From Sphaerodactylus townsendi (taxonomy: Eukaryota): DNA of 64,000 bases. The DNA lies in the NCBI RefSeq assembly GCF_021028975.2, contig NC_059439.1, positions 9,362,001 through 9,426,000 on the forward strand, given 5' to 3'. Positions 13,334 through 26,181 of the stretch are shown here, piece by piece (position 1 is the stretch's first letter; each line of letters begins with the position of its first letter). The position numbers and the translations under genes are program-made. The notes under the pieces were generated by a model, which saw only the letters and a program-made list of their open reading frames with translations, was not told where the DNA came from and ran no database searches.

Positions 13334-13474
13334 NNNNNNNNNNNNNNNNNNNNNNNNNNNNNNNNNNNNNNNNNNNNNNNNNNNNNNNNNNNNNNNNNNN
13401 NNNNNNNNNNNNNNNNNNNNNNNNNNNNNNNNNNNNNNNNNNNNNNNNNNNNNNNNNNNNNNNNNNNNNNNNNN
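13334..13474. other. Assembly gap (N run)
   Basis: 141 N. Confidence 1.
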
Positions 13475-13484
13475 GGAGGAACTG

Positions 13485-13700
13485 CTGTGGGAAGGCAGAG
13501 AGGAGTGAGAAAACATGAAGAAAGAGTCATGCATTTGGATCTCCTTCGCTTTCCTGTGAAGGAAGAGGAAAAGTCGCACTTTGAGAGCTTTCAGAAACTG
13601 AGGTTTCTCTGATCTGAGAACTGCAAAGAGAAGGCGTAACCAAAAATCCAACCGAAAGGGAATGTACCCTCAATGTGAAGGAGACCATAAGTGTGTAAAT
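13485..13700 (+). repeat. Unclassified old interspersed repeat (other copies about 25005-25190 minus and 43215-43420 plus)
   Basis: Shared GAGAAAAC...TTCAGAAAC...CTCTGATCTGAGG...GAAGGGAATG blocks. Confidence 0.6.
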
Positions 13701-13907
13701 GGTCTATATTTATGTTAATTGTCTCATGCTCCACTTCCAATATACATTCTACTTTGTCCCTGCCATCCTTGCAGAAATGTAAAGCAACTTTTGGTTCTAG
13801 CTTCTTTAAAATGATGTCATGAGCAGTGGCAAAGGCTAGGTTTTCAGAAAGAAGATGTTTGGATTTACACCCCCCTTTCTCTCCTTAAGGAAACTCAAAG
13901 AGACAAT

Positions 13908-14472
13908 GGCAGTTTCCGCATGGGCAGAAAATGACGGCCTGGAGACGGTAAAAACGCCGTCTCCAGGCCGCCATTCGCACGGGGGGCACAGCTGCAGCGC
14001 AGCCGCGCCGCCCTGCGTGCGCTTTAAAGCTGGCCTCAAGCAGCTGGCGTATTCCCCAGAACGCTAGGAAGGCGTTCTTTTCTGCCAGAATACGCCGCCC
14101 GTGAAGCCGCTTCGCCGAAATGAACGGCGAAGTGATGGCTTCACGCAGCGCTTCCCCCACCTCGGCAACTCACCTTGTCCCTGGGCCTCTGGCACATCGC
14201 TGAGGCCTGAGGACACGCCCCCCTGCCCTGGCGCAGCTTTCGAAAGCAGTAGCGCGCAGAGACCAGGGGCGGTGGTCCCTGAACACCAGGCGGCAACGCC
14301 GAGGCCCAGGGACAAGTTCTTCCAGTATCATCTTGAGCGCCAAGGCTCGCATTAAGCACCGGCTGCTTACGCCTCTTCAAACCGGGCCCGTGCGGGCCGG
14401 TCGAAAAGCTGTCTTCCAGGTCGAAGCGCCGACCAATTCAGCCGCTCGCACTGTCGCGGCGGAAACATTGCC
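13908..14472. mobile_element. CpG-rich Harbinger-type MITE inserted into a Squam3-like SINE (SINE halves 13849-13905 and 14473-14595)
   Basis: TIRs GGCAGTTTCCGC / GCGGAAACATTGCC; internal hairpin GGCCTGGAGACGG...CCGTCTCCAGGCC; the flanks rejoin into one SINE. Confidence 0.7.
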
Positions 14473-15446
14473 TTTACACGCTCACTCTTCCCTCTCCCAC
14501 AACAGACACCTTGTGAGGTAGGTGGACTGACAGAGTTCTGAAGAACTGTGACTAGCCTAAGGAATGTAGGAGCAGGGAAACAAATCTGGTTCACTGAGGG
14601 TTGCCTGGTGATGGCGACCCAGCCAGGCTGCTCCTTCAGCCGGTGGAGGGTCCCACTGGCTAAAGTAAGTGTAGATTGCAGGGTGAATTGCACAGAGGAA
14701 TTAAGAAGTCTTTGAGGTAGAGGGTAGGGTGGGGTGAAGCGAGGAGCAAGTGTTTGTTCCTGGTGCCATTTCCCCTCCCCCCCCACACCTCTGCCAGTAT
14801 TTGCAGCAGGGCTTGGACAGACCACAATGGAGAATTTGGGTTGAGCCACAGGAAGGGGATCACAGCGACATCCCAAGTCACAAAAGAAAAAAACAAGGTC
14901 AATGAAACAAGAACATGCATATCCTCATAACTGCAAAAAGGAGAAAACAGACAACAAAGGTAAACGGTTGATAGCAGTAACTGATAAATTTTATGGCACA
15001 ATAGCATCAATTGCTGTGGTACTCGTGGAAGTACATTTGACTATGATCTTGGAACCCAGGTTTGGCTTCGCACCCCACCCGTGGTTGGGTCACCTTAGAC
15101 CAGATCACGAGTCTCTGGCTAACCTACCTCTACAATGAATTGTTGTAAGGATAAAAATGGAGGAGAGAAGAATACCAAAAGCTGTTTTGGGTCCCCAATG
15201 GGGAGAAATGTGGGGTATAAATGAACTAACTAACTAACTGACTGACTGACTGACTGACTGACTGACTGACTAACTAACTAAACAAGTTAAGATGTTTTGT
15301 TGTGCTTTCTGTGTATCAGGGTGCCAAAGAAACCATTGAAACACTCTGCTTCAAGTAAAAAATCAACCATGATAATTTCTTTTGCATCCCTGACTTTTGG
15401 CCTCTATTTCTGTCACTGCTGCCATTCACCAGCACCTAGAAGATTA

Positions 15447-15737
15447 AAGAAAGAAGAGGAAAAGTTGGATTTATATCCTTCCTTTCTCTCCTGTAAGGAA
15501 ACTCAAACAAACTTATTTCCCTTCCCCCTTACAACAAACATCCTGTGAGATTGGTGGGGCTGAGAGAGTTCCAAAGAACTGTGACTAGCCCAAGGTCACC
15601 CAGATGGCATGTGTTGGAGTACACAGGCTGATCTGAATTCCCCAGATAAGCCTCCACAGCTCAGGCTGCAGAGCGGGGAATCAAACCTGGTTCCTCCAGA
15701 TTAGAGTACACCTGCTCTTCACCACTATGCCACTGCT
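15447..15737 (-). mobile_element. Squam3-like SINE
   Basis: Full-length match to the copy at 56306-56685. Confidence 0.85.
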
Positions 15738-17592
15738 ATTAGCTTCCAAATAGCTGCTATACATCAACAAAATTGACCACACTGACCTCAAGTTTTATTA
15801 TGTTTATCTATGTATCATGAGCACTTCGACAACAGAGCATGGGCTCGCCTGCCCACTACCATCTCCATAATCTTATGGCAAATGTACCGAGAAGAGTAAG
15901 GACAGCAATAAAGCTTCGAGACTTGAAATGAGAAAGTCAAAGATCCCTGCCAAAGGTTTTTCTCTCTCTTTCCTTCCCCCCTTCACTAATCCCAAAATAT
16001 TACATTTCTCTTTTGTTTCCTCCCAAGAAACCATTCCTATGTGCTTTGACTAATTGCCTGAGCTTATACAATAGGGCAATTCATTAAGTAATATTCCACC
16101 TTGGGCCATTTGAAATTTATTCATTTCTTTTCTGCATACTTTTATCCCGCCCATCACTGAAGTCCCTATATTTTCTCTCGGCTTGCCTGTGAACTGTGGT
16201 AACTGAAGCACTGTCTAAGCAGCCAGGTGAGGGTTTTCTTCTGTTTTATGCATGAGAGACAATGCAAAAATCTTGTACCAACCTGTGTAGTAATAAGTGA
16301 CTCAGGAAACCAATAGAAATAGCAGATATGATCTGAAAAAAATTGCACCATTTGATGCTCATTAAAGTTTAAGCTGATATGGCTTAGAATGGCACATGAG
16401 AACAAGGGTGGTATTTAGCACCTCTATGACAGCAGTAGGGTGTGTTCTTTTCCTTGGGAGGATTTGACAATATGCAACCAAATCTGACCTACAGCAGCTT
16501 TTTGGACTCCCAGTTTATTTGTTCAGATTCTAACGTGCAGTTGCTGACAATTCAAAACAGGATTGGCCTGTTCCATCATAAAACATATGAACAGGATCAC
16601 AACTCCATCTCATTCTGACCATAATTCTGTTGCTAGATTCACCAGCCACACCTTTATTCCCCAATTTAGTTTTTCAATGTTTCATCCCTGAACCATCCAT
16701 TCCACATTTAATTCCCTGTTGTGGCTTATGTGGTTAATGTAAATAAATAATGGCTATATTAGTGGGACCGAATTTAAACTCACCAGGTGTTTTTGGGTAA
16801 CTAAGAAAGAATGACTGAATAATAAAAAGATATCTATCTTCTTCAGAAGACATAAGACAGTGTAAAATAAATTAATTTTTTAAAGCAAAGCTACCAAATG
16901 TCTTCTGAAGAAGACTTAAGACATGACAGTTGGGTTGCATGAAGAACACAGTTTTATAGGCCAAAAAAACAGCGGCTTCACGCCGCGGGGGGGGAGCGAG
17001 GGCGGTGCTGCTGCGATGTAGCAGCGCCCCCCATGCATGTGTATAGCCTCCTAGGGATGGTACTTACTTGCCGTCCCTATAAGGCGCTATTTTTAGCCTC
17101 GTGCAAAGAAGACCTTTGACTCTCAGGGGCAGGTATGTCTCTCTTTTAAAGATGGAGAGGTTGGAGACATTCCTGCACCTTGTTTAGGCAATTCTGCCTA
17201 CATTCGAGTACTGGAGCAACAAAGTAACTATTGTTGAAGGCTTTCACAGCTGGAATCACTAGGATATTGTGGGTTTTATGGGTTGTATGGCCACGTTCCA
17301 GTAGTATTTTCTCCTTACATTTCTCCTGTATCCTAAAGTAACCATTCCTTGTCATTAATTACCTATTTATCTTACAAGAGTGCAGATGAGGTCCTGTCAT
17401 TTATTATCATCCTCTCATCAGTATGTTGGGGCAGGGAGTAGGGTTACCAGATTCAGGTTGGGGAACTCTTAAAGATTTGTGGATAGAGCTTGAAGAGGAC
17501 AGAGAACTCATTGGAGTACAATGCCCTAGGGTCCAACACTCCAACGCCTCCATTTTCTCCAAGGGAACTGATATCTGTAGTCTGGAGATGAG

Positions 17593-17887
17593 TGTAAGGA
17601 ATTCCATAGAAGCAGAAATAAAAGGCTCTTTGGTGTAAAAGACCGTTTATTCAGACATCTTAGAAAGCTCATGTACACGCAGTGGCAGGAATAAGATCTC
17701 CCGCCAGAAACACAGGTTATAACTCTGTCCATCCCATCCCCCCTCCCGGATTCCCATGGGAACGGAGGATCTCATCTCCTAGCAGAGATAAGGTCTCCGC
17801 CGGAGAAGCTGGCCCATCGCCCGGGCTGTGGAATGTAGTCAAGGCCAGGCGGCTGCCCCTCTCATCAACACCATTGAATCCTTTACA
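17593..17887 (-). repeat. 3' LTR of the Gypsy element
   Basis: Direct repeat of 23687-23987; TGTAAGG...CCTTTACA termini. Confidence 0.92.
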
Positions 17888-20800
17888 CTCTGCCTCCCTT
17901 AAAAAAGACCCCTCCCCTCCAGGTTTGTGCGGAAAGGCACGGTGGAGAGCAGAATAAAGGCCGGAAGGCGTCAATATTCGGAATAAAACCCATTGAGATT
18001 ATACCCGAGAGGAATTATTCCCCGCAAGGACTTCGTATTGCAGGCTGCGATATTAAAGCGAGAGTCCAGGATGGCGTCAATTTCAGAATGCTTGTAGCCA
18101 TCAATAATGATGCGATTAGAGTCTCTCAGCCGAAGGTCGTGCCGAACATCGGAAGCGGGAGCCTCGCCGAGTAAAACTGGAATGGAAGACAGGATGAATG
18201 TTACTAAGAGAGTTAAGAGCAAAATCCAATCGGGCAGTGACATCATTAATCACTTCTTCGTAAATCTGAAAAAAGGTCCAATCAATACTTTTGCCCTATG
18301 GATTTAGAAAATTTATGCACGCGTCTCTACCAAAGGATTTTGAAGCGGTAGACAAATACTTGAAGGCTTCCACACGCAGAGGGAAACTCCAAGGTGCTTA
18401 TCCGGCTTGCAGCTTTTAAAGTCTTTAGCCTGTTATGGAAGGCAGTCTGGACCGTTTTCCCACCCCTCGGCCAGAGCATGAAATCCATTATTTGAAACTC
18501 TGGAGGATCAATGCTTCCATGCAGTATTAGTTGCGCAACGCTTGGCCGGGAAGGAAGCTGACCGGACACAATTTCAAAGGGGGTTTTTTGTACTGCACAG
18601 ACGCTTACCGCATTGTTATAGGAAAAGTACTCCATAGCTGGAATCAGCTCGCACTTCAATTATCTGTGGTAGTAGTTAGTGCTCAACAACGTAAATACTG
18701 CTCTAGGAGTTCTATTAAGTTCTCTCCGACTCCACACGGTCACTTTTGAGCGTGGTAGAGTGACAACGCCAGAGGCTGACCCTCAACAACCCTAGAAAAG
18801 CTTCCAGAACTTTGAAATGAACAAATAGGGGGGCAGCGGTCGGAATACCACCTTAAGAAGGCCGAGGTGCAGGACAGGTAAACATGCTGAATGAACAGGC
18901 TGGCGCTAACTTAGGGCCCGGAGGGATGTGGAAGCTTACATGGGAATAAAATGGGCTTGACTTTAGGAAAATAGAAGTCCACCACTCACCCTAGAACCGT
19001 GTTACCCACTTGACTTTCGCTTGGCAAATCTGTAATAAAATCCATGGAATTAATGACTTCCCAGGTAGGGAGGCCACTGGGAAGGAGTTTCAACAGACCA
19101 TGGGGGGCTTTCCCGAGCGGTTAAGGTCTTGGCTTCTGCACAAAACAGAGCAACCTTTAATACTACCGTCTCAACGTATCTTTGCTTAGCAGCGCCACCC
19201 AGAATTATTGTGGCCGGGCCAAATGCAGAGTTTTAGAAAGCCAAAATGTCCAGCCGAAGCGGGCATCATGGCGAACCTCGAGAACCTGCTTGCATGGAGG
19301 AGTGAGCCGCGTGCTCAACAATCCCCCCGCCGTAAAGCGCCATTCTCAAAGCATGGACTGGGGAGTTTAAGCCTACACCATCGCTTGGTGGCTGCGCGTG
19401 GCCCTCGGCCTCCTCGAGTTCCCCGTGAGGGAAAGGAGGAACCAGGCTGGAGATGGCAGGCGGAGTGGCGGAAGTCTGAGATCGAATTTGACAGCCATGA
19501 CCTAGTGGGAGAGGAGAGAACAGTGCGCGTGAGGAATGTCCCGTAGGCTGGCTCCACCCTCAGGTAAGTAGCCAGAAGCGCATCAGCCAGTTTATTGTGA
19601 GTTTCGGGGAAAAATGGACCGTGAAGAAGCGAAACGAAAAGAAATCGCCCATTGGGTTGCTTCAGCGGACATCTTGAGGGGGTGGAGAGGGGTGACCCAG
19701 AAGTTCATTTGTGGATCCGACCAAACTTGAAAGGTGTTTGGCCCCTCCAGCCAGTGGCCAGGTGGAGAGGAGCTAACTTTAATGGCCGCATGATCTCTTT
19801 ATCCCCACAGTCCAGTTGGAGTTCAGCGCGGAGAAATTTCTTTGATATTAAATAAGCACACGGGAACCAGCCTATCATCTTTATGTCTCTGCAACAGGGC
19901 TGCCCCAAAGTTCTGCTTTGTCCGAGGGGCATCCACGTGAACCAACAAACGGGAGATCTGGGGTCAAGGTGCTTTAGGATAGGTTTGGTAGGTAAAAAAG
20001 CAGACTTTAAAAGCTGAAAGGCTGGGTCTGACATTCCCTTGAGGACCATGGAAAGGGGCCCAGGCTTGCTGGACAGTGGATCTTTACCCTTAGTGCGTGA
20101 GAGGTCTGCGAAGAGGAGGGAGAGTCAGTTCAGCGGGCAATTGGGGTGAATTTCGGGTGTGAAATTAGCGGAAACCTAGAAAAGATTGGAGTTCTTTTCC
20201 GGTTGGTAGGAGCAGAGCCATTGGAGGGACAGCATCAATCTGCTAGTAGGATCCATTTTGTTGACCCTGGTGAGGATCCGATAGAGAGCCAAAATGGTCA
20301 ATGGAGGTTTGCGAGGTGGGAAACAGCATCTTGGAAAGTTTGGCAAAGAGGGAGTTGGTTGAACGAAGCGTTTCTAATACTTCCCGAACCAATGCTTCAT
20401 ATCCTCCATGGTTTGTGAATAAATTAAAAGCGTCATCTAAGAAGTACCACCTACTCCCTTATTGCAATAAATCATGGAGAACTTTCGTTGATAAAAAGGG
20501 CCATAAATCTCCGGGGGGCCCCACTAACCCGAATGGCATTATTAAGTATTCAAACTGTCCAAACTTTGTAATTAAGTACGTCAGTGAAGGTTCCATATTT
20601 GCTACTGGCAAGTACCCTGTGGTAGCCTGTGTATCTCCGAATTCCAACCGGTAGGAATAAAGATGCCCATCGTCACAATGCGCCCAAAAGGTCATTTGAT
20701 CAGAAACCGAAGGTATTTGTTGGACAGGGAGACTGCATTGAGACCCTCGGTAATCTAGTGTGTACAGGCAGTAAGAAAGACCCATCTTTCTTTTTTTACA

Positions 20801-23686
20801 AAACAATACAGGAGCAACGCATGTGTTTAGTAGCCCGCCCGATATGAACCTCAAGGAAAGGAATTGCTGTCTAGAAAGGCACTTGAAGTTCCTTCTCCTC
20901 AGTAGGACTCATCACAGTAGATTCTACACTTTGGGCAGTTCGCCATACTGGCTGTATCACGATTTTGCAGTCAGAATTATCTCTATGGGGTGACAGCTAA
21001 TTAGCATTCTTGCTCCTGAAGAATACTCACTGGCTAGATCTTGGCAATGCGCCCGATTGGGATGCAGGTAGAATCGGGAGCAATCGCTGATGAAACCAGA
21101 GGTGTGTATCCAGGAGAGTCGAAGTTTCCCCAATTCGTAATAATTGATTTCCCCGCAGGGAGGGTCAGTGAATTCCCAAGATCCTTTCTTTCCAAAGGAA
21201 TTTGGTTCATGCAACAACAACCATGGCATGCCCAAGAACTATGGAGTGTTTGGCCACTGGCGCCAGAATAAAATCTAATTTTCTCCCCAATGGTCGGCGA
21301 GCGGAGGAGAACCGGCTGCGTTTTGAACTGGGCTAGTCCTTAAGCTCGAGGATGCCGTCCATTTAAGGTGAATGGTATGGGCTTAAAGCCGGAGACTTGG
21401 TCTAGGACCTACGCCCTCCATGCCACCTGGGGACGCGATTAAGCAATGGGAGCAGCCAGAGATCCACCGGGGCAGAAGACTATAATACGAAATTATGCTT
21501 AGCGGGAAAACGGTTAGCCAGAATTTCGTAATGAAACGCTTGCCTTCACTCGCAGCGTCTGGAGGTGAACCCATGTCCATGGGGCTGAAGAAAGGAATGA
21601 ACGGCTGCTTCCCTCCTCGGGTGCGCCCATTGGCGACTGCCTTAGGCGAGCCGTTAGAGTGAAACGGCCCTGATTTGGCGTGGTAGGCTTGGCTTGAATG
21701 CAGTCTGTGGCGGAGTGGTTGGCTTCTGCCTTTTTGGGCCAGTTAGCTAAGATGACCTGGACCTCCGCCAGTAAAGACCTTACAATCCCAGTCACACGGC
21801 GTGGCTGGAGGGTAGTTCGGAAGGCTGGCTGGACTTGGCAATTAAGGCCTTAATTAAGCGGAAAGCAGGCGTAAACCTCCGGCAGCGAAGGCACTCTGTT
21901 TTTCGAGACGCATACACCTGGGATCCCAAATTCAATCCAATCAGCAGCAATAGTCACGGGGACCCTAGATTAAAACGAACGCTTTCGCGCGGCTTACCGT
22001 CCGACAGCATCAAGGGAAGTATTAAGCATTTCATGCGCTCTCAGGCCACTCAGGAAATTCGAGGCGGCCGCCATACGAAATTCGCAGACCAAATTCTGCA
22101 AGCGCAGCGGTTGCCGCTCCTTGCTGGAATAGTTTTGATAGATGCGGATAGCTTCCATTTTCAGCACCCGGATCTTGGAAGGCGAAACCCTTAAGGCTTG
22201 GGGGGAATCACGAATTACCGTCACGCAGTATCTTCATCTTGCAGGTTTCAAAAGAGTCACAAAACCAGTCGGCTGCTGCCCCATCAAGGACTGAGCGATG
22301 TCCGTATTTCGCACTCAGACGGTATAAATGCGTCACTTAGTCCTCCATGTGGGCATGAGTTACCCAAGATGAAGTAGGAAGTTTGGAAGCAGTCCCCGCT
22401 CCAGAAGCGGGCAGGTATTGAGTCTGTAATGCCCCTCCCACGGCCCTTAAGCCCCTTAATGGCGGTTAGCGCAGGTGAAGCCCGGGTTAGAGGCAGCGAT
22501 TCGCAGGGAGGCCAGAATGGTGGGAGAGTATCAACGCTGAATTGCGCTGGTATTCCGGTGGGCAGTCCTTGGGAAGAATAGCTGGACCCAGCAGCATGCA
22601 TACCTGGCGCCCGGCTGTACCCGTGACGAAAGCGTAAGACTCCAACTTAGGTTATCCTGGTCACTGCTTCTTCGGATTCCCTCTCCAAGGCAGCCAGCTC
22701 TCTCTCCTTAGAGTCAATGCATCCTGGGGTGCGCATGCAAAGCTGCTTTCTCTCGTTCCAATTTAGCCAGTTCATCCCGTTGAACAGCTGCAGTAAGTTC
22801 ACTTTGAGTCACCTTAAAGGCTGGAACACTTTCCGTTGGCGCTGTAAGTTCAGTTGAGTTGGATTTCTTTGCGCTGCTGCTCCGGTCTCTCTGCGGGTTT
22901 CCGCGCTCTTGCTGCAGCTGTTCCGTTCCTCTTCCCACATGGCTAGCGTTCCGCGGGCCCGTAAGCTGTAGGCATCACTTGGTCAGGCCACTTCCTCATC
23001 CCAGCTCTCTTCCCCGATGGAGAGGAACAGATCGGCTGGGAGTGCGAAACTTCTCCGGACTCCGCAAATTACCGTCCTGGGCCGGGACATCGTACCCACC
23101 GGTGGCTCCGCGGGGCATCTCAGGTGCAGCCGCTGGTCAGGATCGGGGAAGTCCGATCGGAGAATAGTCTGAGGATACCTCCCAATCCTGGAAGTATAGT
23201 CCCAGTGTACGGTGAGGGTCGCCGGACGGGCCCCAGTGCTATACCGGTGGGTCTTTGGAGACATCACCAAAATCTGAGTCAGGAATCGTTCAATGGATTC
23301 CTGGAGTTGCGCATGAAGGTGGGTCAGGCCGTCTCCTCCGTGACAGGTGCATCCCAGGGTTTGTAATCCATGCGGGTAGATATATCCGATCCACAGGCTC
23401 GATCCATGGGCAAGCCCCAAGCATTTCAATAAGTCCCCATGAAGGTGCGTCTTCCGTCCCTACCGTTCCAGCGGAGTAAAAAAGGAAGACTTCGTGCAAT
23501 CACGGGGCCAGGGGAAAGAGAGTCACCAAGCCGGGGCTTAGATTCTCCGCCCGGTTCCTCCAGATCAGAAGGGAAGGTGAGCCCTCTTTAGAGACTACGC
23601 ACCTTCCACAGAAACATCAACCTCTCCATGCGAGGACACCAGAGGTCCACTGCTAGGAATATAGATGGTGCGGTTTCATAACACAG

Positions 23687-23987
23687 TGTAAGGGAATTCC
23701 ATAGAAGCAGAAATAAAAGGCTCTTTGGTGTAAAAGACCGTTTATTCAGACATCTTAGAAAGCTCATGTACTGCGCGAGTGTTAGCAGGAATAAGGTCTC
23801 AGCCAGAAACACAGGTTATAACTCTATCATCCCATCCCCACACTCCCAGTTCCCCATGGGAGCGGAGGGGCTCATCTCCTACATGAGAGATAAAAGGTCT
23901 CCGCCCGAGGAGGCTGTTATCGCCCGAATGGGATGTAGTCAAGGCCAGGCGGCTGCCCCTCTCATCAACACCATTGAATCCTTTACA
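23687..23987 (-). repeat. 5' LTR of the Gypsy element
   Basis: Direct repeat of 17593-17887; TATAA at 23816-23820 and AATAAA at 23741-23746 on the minus strand. Confidence 0.92.
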
Positions 23988-24615
23988 ATGAGCTGTAGTT
24001 CTGGGGATCGCCAGGCCCCACCAGGAAACTAGCATCTCTATTTGTGGGTGGGGGGAGATTAATAAGTTTTTCAGAACATGACAGGTAGCTTTTTTGTAGC
24101 TTAATGAAGGCAGGAAGAAAAACATAAGGCAGAAATGGATTCTTAACATTAGGTTTTATTATTCTGTCCCTTTATAGTTCCCACACTACTTTCTTCTCAT
24201 CTGTCTTCCTCATTTCTCTCTTCTTCCCATCAGTATGGAGGGGCTTATATCTGCCTAGCCAGAGACTACAATCTCTTGACTACAGAGAAAATGATTGCTT
24301 CATGGAGAAGAGTCTGTGGCATTATAGCCCTTTGAGGTCTTTCCCCTCCCCTAACCCTGCCTTTTCCAGGCTGTGCTCTGAAATATTTATGAATTTCCCA
24401 CCCCAAAGTTGGTAATCCTACTTAGGAAGGTGTAACCCTGTTTAAGATCACACTGTTTCCATTTGTGCATACCAGACTGCAATAAGAATGTGGTCCTTTA
24501 GGATCAGCATCTCAGATATATAAGACAGACAGGCATGTAGCGATTTCACCTCCATATCAATTTACCTTGTCAACAAAAGGGTGTTGACAAGAAAAGGTTT
24601 GCTGATCTGGCGGTA

Positions 24616-24812
24616 GAAGAAGAAGAAGAAGAAGAAGAAGAGTTTTGGATTTATATCCCCCCTTTCCCTCCCTTTGAGGGGCTTACAATCTCCTTGCCCT
24701 TCCCCCTCACAACAAACACCCTGTGAGGTGGGTGGGGCTGAGAGAGCTCAGAAGAACTGTGACTAGCCCAAGGTCACCCACCTGGCATGTGTGGGAGTGC
24801 ACAGGCTAATCT
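24616..24812 (-). mobile_element. Squam3-like SINE, 5'-truncated, with (TTC)n tail
   Basis: Matches the 3' two-thirds of the other copies. Confidence 0.8.
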
Positions 24813-25462
24813 GGGTAGACAGCATATTTAGCACATGTGGCATAAAAAGGAGGATAATGAGGATAAGAAGGACAAAGCCACATCTTAAATACAGATTTGC
24901 ACAATGAAATCATGCCTAATGTAAGCTGTGTGGTTGCTAGGTGACATGGTTTTAAAAAGAGACTAAGGCCATTTATGCACTTGAGGTTTCTTTTGCATTG
25001 AGCGTTCATTCCCTTCGGGTTGGATTCTCAGATATACAGACGTTTCCCCTTCTCCCAAACTCACTGTGCCTCAGATCAGAGAATATCCACAGTTTCTGAT
25101 GCCTCTGAAAGCACAGCCTTTCCTCTTCCTTTACAGGCAGAGCGAAGGAAACTATCACGTTTTCTCTCTCTTCCCAGCTTTCCCTGCCCATTCAGCAACA
25201 GTTCCTCCTGCTCTTTCAGGAATCACTTCAGAAGGATCCAAAGGAATATGGTAACACACACTGATATGCAAGACTCTATCTGTTGAATTAAGCACTAAAG
25301 GACATTTCAGATGCTCATATTGTTCTGTGTGTGATTTAGTTTTGGTGACCTTGTGCATCCCACCACAGGGGGACACTTTGAAAGAAGACCCTTTGGTAAT
25401 TGCAACACCAAAAAAGTTATTTATTTTATATTACATCCCTGTAGTTATAGATACATAGCAGT

Positions 25463-26181
25463 GGTGGATTCCACATGAAATAAATATAATGCTTTCAGAA
25501 CATTATATATAGTGTTTTGGGGGAGAACTTTGCACAGGTCTCTTCCTGAAAACTTCTCAAGTTTGTCATATATCTCTCAACCTGGGTTTTACATAGATCA
25601 CTAAAACAGCAACCTTTTTGCAAAATCCTGGGTTGAAGGAACTCCCATGTGAGCCCAACAGGTAGGAGACGCTTTATTTTCCTCCCATCCATCCATTCAC
25701 TTCAGGTTCTGCCACCATCCGCCATTTCAGGGAGAATCTGCCCACCTGCCATTTTGATTCTCTGAATGTCTGCCATTTCACAAGTCCCCCAAGCACACTT
25801 TCTTCCCATGGCAGCTGGTATGATTGCCATTTCACACATATACAACAGCACATTCATTATTGCCTTACCATTGCAGGAAAGTTCCTCCCCCACCCCCTTT
25901 TAAATATTTTGTGTTGAACATTCTAAGTTATGAAGGTGCAGCCAATTGGATTGCAGGAAAATTGGCAAGACTGCAAGGGCTATGCTTCACAGCTATGCTT
26001 TTGTTGTTAAAAAAACCAGTTTAAACAAAGTGGAGCGTTTTCACACAAAGACCCGAAAACATCCTGAATTGTTTTCATGGGCTCAAATCGCATAAACGGC
26101 ACACGTGCAAATGGAAAAAAGGAAAACAGGTTCACTTATAATGACTGCAACTTGTTATAAATATGCTGTGCAGAATCCACC
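25463..26181. mobile_element. Harbinger-like non-autonomous element (related copy 29862-30593)
   Basis: TIRs GGTGGATTCCACA / TGCAGAATCCACC; the second copy has GGTGGATTCCACACA / TGTGTGGAATTCCC and shared internal blocks. Confidence 0.55.

Larger units (their letters stand above)
17593..23987 (-). mobile_element. Full-length Gypsy/Ty3 chromovirus (sushi-like) LTR retrotransposon, frameshifted
   Basis: Two TG...CA LTRs and a 5-bp TSD ATGAG (17588-17592 and 23988-23992). Minus-strand motifs in broken frames: RT (APVLF.KK, LDYRG, FGQFEYLIMPFGL, YLDD-like), RNase H (PILKH.DP, CAY.SKK), integrase (AGHFGFLKT, SMDFITDLP, YNNAV..TPFEIV.G), GPF module (IGPF, IHPVFH) and chromodomain (EIDAILDSR..LQY). 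PPT AAGGGAGGCAGAG abuts the 3' LTR. Confidence 0.93.

Noticed and set aside
17971-23500. Domesticated RTL1/PEG10-like gene
   Set aside because: Both LTRs, the TSD and an integrase are present, so it is a transposon insertion.
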